DNA of 64,000 nucleotides from an uncultured Pseudomonadota bacterium (GTDB lineage Bacteria > Oederibacteriota > Muellerivitia > Muellerivitales > Muellerivitaceae): positions 128,001 through 192,000 of the forward strand of contig CAVYRH010000008.1 of assembly GCA_963770835.1 (NCBI GenBank), written 5' to 3'. Below, piece after piece: positions 59,673-64,000 of this stretch. Position 1 is the first letter of the stretch. Each line of letters begins with the position of its first letter. The notes beneath the pieces were generated by a model. It was not told the DNA's origin. It ran no database searches and saw only the letters and a program-made list of their open reading frames with translations. The position numbers and the translations under genes were made by a program.

Positions 59673-61679
59673 TTAATTTCCGGCGGTGAGGGCCGGGCTG
59701 ACCTGGCCCCCTTGGACAAGGGCGTTTAAGTCGAGGATGAATCCCACTTGTCCGTCGCCCAGGATGGCGCCGCCCGCCACGCCCGGGAGTCCCTGGAGGT
59801 GCTCCCCCAGGCCCTTCACCACCACCTGCTGCTTGCCCACTACCTCGTCCACGACCAGGCAGGCTTCCCTGTCCCCCACTTGCACATGCACCACCACGGC
59901 TTGGTTTCCCTTGGCTGCGGCGCACCCGAACCACTCGGAGAGCTCCACCACCGGGATATGCCCGAAGGCGGTGGTGAGCCATCCCCGGGACCCGGAGACC
60001 TGGTGGCTTTCCGTTTCTTTCAAGGCCAGAAACTGGCGGACATGGAAGGACGGAAGGATGTAACGGGAGGAACCGACCCGCACCACGATGCCGTCGATGA
60101 GGGCCATGGTGAGGGGGATGCGGAAGATAAAGGCGGTTCCCTGTCCCTCATGGCTTTCCACTTGGATGGAACCCTTGAGGGCCAATATTTTGCGTTTGAC
60201 GGCGTCCAGCCCCACGCCCCGGCCCGAGACTTCGGTGACCTTGTCGGCGGTGGAAAACCCCGGCAGGAAAATGAGTTCGGTCAGGCGTTCGCGGGAAACC
60301 TCACCTTGGTTGAGGAAGCCCAGGGCGGTTCCTTTTTGGCGGAGTTTTTCGTAGGAAAGCCCCGCCCCGTCATCCTCCACCCGCAGGACGAAATCTCCGC
60401 CCTGGTGCCCGGCTTTCAAGGCTAAGCATGCCTCGGCGGGTTTTCCGGCCTTGGCCCGGCCCTCGGGGGTCTCGATGCCGTGGTCGACGGCGTTTCGAAG
60501 GAGATGGACGAGCGGGTCCACGAGTTCCTCGGTCATGCGCTTGTCCAACTCGGTCTCGCCGCCCTCCAGTTCCATCCTCAAAGGTTTGCCGGTCTTTTGG
60601 GAAAGGTCACGGGCCAGGCGGGACATGCGGTGGAAGAGGGGTTGGACCGGAACCATGCGAAGGGAAAGAACGATCTCCTGGAGCTGGCGCGAGATCTTGC
60701 CCAATCGGGAGGACTCGGCCGACAAGTGCCCCAGCACGCCCGCAGCCGCGATGCCTTCGGTGACCTGGGATTGGCAGATGGCCAATTCCCCCACCGTTTC
60801 CAGGAGCTGGTCCATTTTTTCCACGGCGATCCGGAGGAAATGGTCGGCCTGGCCTTGGGCTTCTTCCGTGGGGGAAGCCCCCGGGGTCTTGTGATCGCCG
60901 GTGCGGGCAAGGTTTGTTTTGTTTTCTTTTCCCGATAACTTGGCCACCAGGGCTTCCACGTCCACCAGGGGAAATTGGCCCGCCGAAAGCCCGGCGACGA
61001 TGAGCCCAATCTGCTTTTTCACCAGGTCACCCGATTCCAGGAGGAGGTCGATTTCTTTTTCGGTGGGTTTGCCCTCGCCGTTTTTATAGGCTTCCAGGAT
61101 GGCTTCCGCCTGGTGGGCCAGGTGGGCCAGGCCGGAGAGGCCCATGAAGCCGCAAATGCCCTTCAGGGTGTGGAAAGGCCGGTAAACTTTAAGGGGGTCC
61201 CAGGTTTCGCCCTGGATTAAGGACAAAAGGCCCGATTCGATGGCCTGCAGATGCTCCGGCGCCTCGGCCACGAAATCCTGGAATCCGCTCAGATCATCGG
61301 ACAGGATGGTGAAAAGGCCGTTTTCGGAGGCTGTTTTTAAGGGGGTTTGGTTGGTTTCAACGCCGTTCCCGGGTGCGGCTTCCTCGGCCAGGATCCTTCC
61401 CATGTGATGCACAGCCTCCGCCATGGCTTGGGAAAGCCTTTGGCATACTTGTTCCACAGGGCGGCCCGACTGGAGGCCTTGGAGGACTTGACGGGCCTGC
61501 GCGCCCAGCAGGCCCGTTGGATAGGACGGGAGACCGGCGGTGGCGGACAGCCAGGAGGAGAAGTCACCGGCCAAAGCCAGGACTTCCTCCCGGTTGTCCT
61601 CTCCGCAAAGGGCCATTCGGGCGCCCAATTGGGAGAGTTGCCGGTCCAGCTCTGTTGAATTCAAGCGGTCCTCACTCAT
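59673..61679 (-). CDS. cheA: Chemotaxis histidine kinase CheA with extra N-terminal helical domain
   Basis: HPt FHTLKG; LVHLLRNAVDHGIE, EDDGAG, FLPGFST, GRGVGLD; C-terminal CheW domain. Confidence 0.96.
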   Translation of the reverse strand: MSEDRLNSTELDRQLSQLGARMALCGEDNREEVLALAGDFSSWLSATAGLPSYPTGLLGAQARQVLQGLQSGRPVEQVCQRLSQAMAEAVHHMGRILAEEAAPGNGVETNQTPLKTASENGLFTILSDDLSGFQDFVAEAPEHLQAIESGLLSLIQGETWDPLKVYRPFHTLKGICGFMGLSGLAHLAHQAEAILEAYKNGEGKPTEKEIDLLLESGDLVKKQIGLIVAGLSAGQFPLVDVEALVAKLSGKENKTNLARTGDHKTPGASPTEEAQGQADHFLRIAVEKMDQLLETVGELAICQSQVTEGIAAAGVLGHLSAESSRLGKISRQLQEIVLSLRMVPVQPLFHRMSRLARDLSQKTGKPLRMELEGGETELDKRMTEELVDPLVHLLRNAVDHGIETPEGRAKAGKPAEACLALKAGHQGGDFVLRVEDDGAGLSYEKLRQKGTALGFLNQGEVSRERLTELIFLPGFSTADKVTEVSGRGVGLDAVKRKILALKGSIQVESHEGQGTAFIFRIPLTMALIDGIVVRVGSSRYILPSFHVRQFLALKETESHQVSGSRGWLTTAFGHIPVVELSEWFGCAAAKGNQAVVVHVQVGDREACLVVDEVVGKQQVVVKGLGEHLQGLPGVAGGAILGDGQVGFILDLNALVQGGQVSPALTAGN

Positions 61680-62202
61680 GGGGATTTCCCTGGGTGCGGC
61701 CGGGGGCGGAAGTTTTTTCCAACCAAAGGCGGACTTCCACCGGCATGTTTTCGACGAGAAGGGCCAAGGCGGCGTCGGGCTGGCCCTCGGGCCAGAGCGC
61801 CGGGTTGCTCAACTGGGGCAGGTAAGGGTCGAAGCTGCCCCCGGTGCAATTGCGGAGCACCGTCAGTAAATGGCCGAAATAGAGGTTCACGAATTCGCTG
61901 AAGGCGTCGGCGTGGGGGATGTCCTGGAGGGCCTTGTCTTCCCCGGAAACATTCTCCCAAAGGTATTGGCCGAATCCCTCGGGCGCGCGGACCACCAGGA
62001 ACCCTTCCACGGGCCCGGTGAAACCCACCATCCGTTCCAGGGGGAGGTGGGCGGGGCCTTCGACCGGCAAACCCATGAAGTCGCAGGGCAAAAAGGCCCA
62101 TCTTTCCAGGACCGTTTGGAAAACCTCGAAGAGTTCCTGGTGATGGATCGCGGGAACGGCCAAGGAAGCGGGTGATCCGTTATTGGGGAACGAGTTCGTC
62201 AT
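61672..62202 (-). CDS. cheX: CheX/CheC-like phosphatase
   Basis: VGFTGPVEGFLVV...DAFSEFVN (E-x-x-N); GGAGGAG RBS. Confidence 0.7.
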   Translation of the reverse strand: MTNSFPNNGSPASLAVPAIHHQELFEVFQTVLERWAFLPCDFMGLPVEGPAHLPLERMVGFTGPVEGFLVVRAPEGFGQYLWENVSGEDKALQDIPHADAFSEFVNLYFGHLLTVLRNCTGGSFDPYLPQLSNPALWPEGQPDAALALLVENMPVEVRLWLEKTSAPGRTQGNPHE

Positions 62203-62220
62203 TTTCTCCTCCGAATTGCA

Positions 62221-62385
62221 CAGGATGTTGAAAAACTTCTTAACCTTCAGGGTATTGCATATGGTTTTGCGCCCTGTAGCAGCCAAGGGCTTGGCACGAA
62301 TCGCCTTTGAACCCTTTTGATTTTCAAAAGGGTTTTCGTGCCACAGATACAAAAAAGTCCACCCTTGGACTTTTTCAACAACCTG
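62221..62385. mobile_element. 165-bp MITE-like element in the cheX leader
   Basis: Terminal IRs CAGGATGTTGAAAAA / TTTTTCAACAACCTG; long internal hairpin. Confidence 0.55.
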
Positions 62386-62390
62386 CTAAA

Positions 62391-62502
62391 GCAATCGGAA
62401 TGCCAGCTTTGTCACACTTAAAAACCTTGGAAAATCACCCTTTCTTTTTTTGTAACCCTCTTTTTACTGCCCAAGTTCTTGGCAATGCCCAATTATTGGG
62501 CA
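62391..62502 (-). promoter_or_regulatory. Sigma-54 promoter (TGGCAT-TCCGA-TTGC) with tandem UAS at 62468-62502
   Basis: -24/-12 match; TGCCCA-N5-TTGGCA-A-TGCCCA-N5-TGGGCA. Confidence 0.8.
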
Positions 62503-62687
62503 CAACGGCGGCCGGCAGTTCGCAGTCGACAGTCGGCAGTAATGTCTAAAAGGCCTTGCCGTGAACCAAGGCCTGACAATAGATTTTTAGTTTTTTATTT
62601 GGGTTTTACTGAGGACTGTTGACTGCCGACTGATTTTTCAGTTGGATTTTGCTGTCGATTGCGGATTGCCGGCCGTCGACTGTTTTT

Positions 62688-63158
62688 TCAGTTGGGAATG
62701 AGATAGAGGAAATGAACCGGGGGGTTGCCTTCAGGGCGGAGAAGATCGGGAATCTCAACCATGTTCGAGGGAAGCTCGATTCCTCCCCGGACGGTGTAAT
62801 CCTGTAGGCCGGATTCGGCGGCTTCCGCCGCCTTCTCCAAGTCGATGACCTGGATAGGCAATCCGGGCTTGGCCAATTGGCGGCCAGCTTCTTCCAAAAG
62901 GTTGGAAAGCTTTTTCAAGCTTGTTTCGGACGGCTGTTGCGGGTCGACGTCGCCTATGACCTGCTCGACCCTCAAGGCGATCAGGTTCGAGGCGCAGGAA
63001 ATCCACGGGCGGGCCCTTTCCAGCCAAACGGTGAAATCCTGGGCCAGTTTCCCAATTTTCCGCCAATGGGCGGCATTGGGCTCCTGGATACGGCCCTTGA
63101 GGAATTCCAGCTGGCTTTCCAGCGCCTCAAGATGGATAGGCTTATTTTCGTGCTTCAT
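62688..63158 (-). CDS. Hypothetical protein homologous to the extra N-terminal domain of CheA
   Basis: Ungapped manual alignment gives 21/79 identities; start at 63158 lies downstream of a sigma-54 promoter. Confidence 0.75.
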   Translation of the reverse strand: MKHENKPIHLEALESQLEFLKGRIQEPNAAHWRKIGKLAQDFTVWLERARPWISCASNLIALRVEQVIGDVDPQQPSETSLKKLSNLLEEAGRQLAKPGLPIQVIDLEKAAEAAESGLQDYTVRGGIELPSNMVEIPDLLRPEGNPPVHFLYLIPN

Positions 63159-63226
63159 ACTGGTTCCTTTTCGGCTTTTAGCTTGCTTGTAAGAAGGAAA
63201 TGCGTCGAAACCTTCCCTTAACAAAG

Positions 63227-63337
63227 GCAATTCAAGTGCCAATAGGAAACCAAGAAAAAGCCTTTAAAACCTGGGATTTTTCCATCCGGAGAGCCGAAGA
63301 ACTGCGTAAAAATTGCGCACTGCTCAATTTTTGGGAA
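63227..63337 (-). promoter_or_regulatory. Sigma-54 promoter (TGGCAC-TTGAA-TTGC) with tandem UAS at 63303-63337
   Basis: Perfect -24/-12; TGCGTA-N5-TGCGCA-C-TGCTCA-N5-TGGGAA. Confidence 0.78.
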
Positions 63338-63433
63338 ATCCGGAATCGCTCACGGCCTCAACCGTAAACAGTTGGTCGGGGGTCTAGGTGCGTCGCTTGT
63401 CACGCCTGCAATAAACCTTGATGAGGCAGGACC

Positions 63434-64000
63434 CTAGGTCGCCGCCACCAGCAGCGCCTCCGAACCCGGCCGAAGGCCATCGGCCCTGTCGGCGAAATAA
63501 CGTTTCGCCAGGGTGGCCGACAACGTGGTCTGGACCTCCCTAAACCCGGCCTCGCGGGCCAGGGCCAGCATCTCTTCCGGGGTAAAGTAGCTGAGGAAAG
63601 GCGTCCCGCTGGCCTTTGCCCCCCGCGCCGCCGCCTCATATCCGGGTCGTTCCTCGGGTTCGGCCATTTCCATCGGCAGGATGAAGGTCATGGCCAGCGT
63701 GGAGCCGGGGGCGAGGGCCGCGGCCGGGCGCAAGGTAGCCGTGACGGCGTCCTTCGTGAGATACATGCTGACCCCGGTGGAGGCGACGACGGCGGGCCTG
63801 CGGGCGTCAAAACCGGCGGCCTGGAGCCGCTCCAACCAGGAACCGCCTGCCTCGAAATCGACCGACACGAGCTTAAGCCACTCCGGGACGCCGAACCCTA
63901 GCTCGACCAGGCGCCGGCGCTTCCAGGCCTGGGGACCCGGACGGTCGACCTCAAGCAGCTTGAGGTTTGAGGCGATCTCCGGCCTACGTTGGGCGAAACT
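63434..64000 (-). CDS. Class I SAM-dependent methyltransferase (LCM-like), 3' part
   Basis: EVDRPGPQAWKRRRL...VDFE...GFDARRPAVVASTGVSMYLT; open to window edge. Confidence 0.85.
   Translation of the reverse strand, partial: SFAQRRPEIASNLKLLEVDRPGPQAWKRRRLVELGFGVPEWLKLVSVDFEAGGSWLERLQAAGFDARRPAVVASTGVSMYLTKDAVTATLRPAAALAPGSTLAMTFILPMEMAEPEERPGYEAAARGAKASGTPFLSYFTPEEMLALAREAGFREVQTTLSATLAKRYFADRADGLRPGSEALLVAAT

Noticed and set aside
63159..63242. Upstream start extensions in the ORF track (also 62203-62352, 58598-58789, 30859-31119, 9351-9665)
   Set aside because: They overlap promoters, a MITE, a terminator or neighbouring genes; better RBS-linked starts lie downstream

Overview
64-kb chromosomal window from a GC-rich, diderm bacterium. 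No rRNA, tRNA or CRISPR array was recognised. Left part: a ROK kinase (partial), a polysaccharide deacetylase, a LolA-like/FtsX/ABC/beta-barrel/TetR export operon, outer-membrane barrels, and many secreted or lipoproteins with long Thr/Pro stalks (two end in T9SS-like C-terminal domains). Middle: an accessory hotspot with a rhomboid-TPR gene whose 3' end occurs three times, three type II TA modules, a ~200-nt highly structured non-coding insert, an AT-rich HNH + Ser/Thr kinase islet, an orphan dnaJ, a ParB-TM-TraE-like (frameshifted) fusion and an IS110/IS1111 element. That element is inserted at one of five co-oriented ~30-bp palindromic sites that bracket single genes like cassette boundaries. 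Right part (45-63 kb): a chemosensory cluster (cheX, cheA, 2x cheW, 2 MCPs, cheR, cheD, cheY, cheB). It unusually includes a TonB-dependent receptor, a YfiR-family protein, a CHASE8-type MCP and a free periplasmic PDC domain, plus several unknown accessory proteins. Four sigma-54 promoters with a shared tandem upstream palindrome lie in front of its transcription units. Several single-base frameshifts may be assembly errors. All family calls come from motif recognition by eye; no database searches were run.
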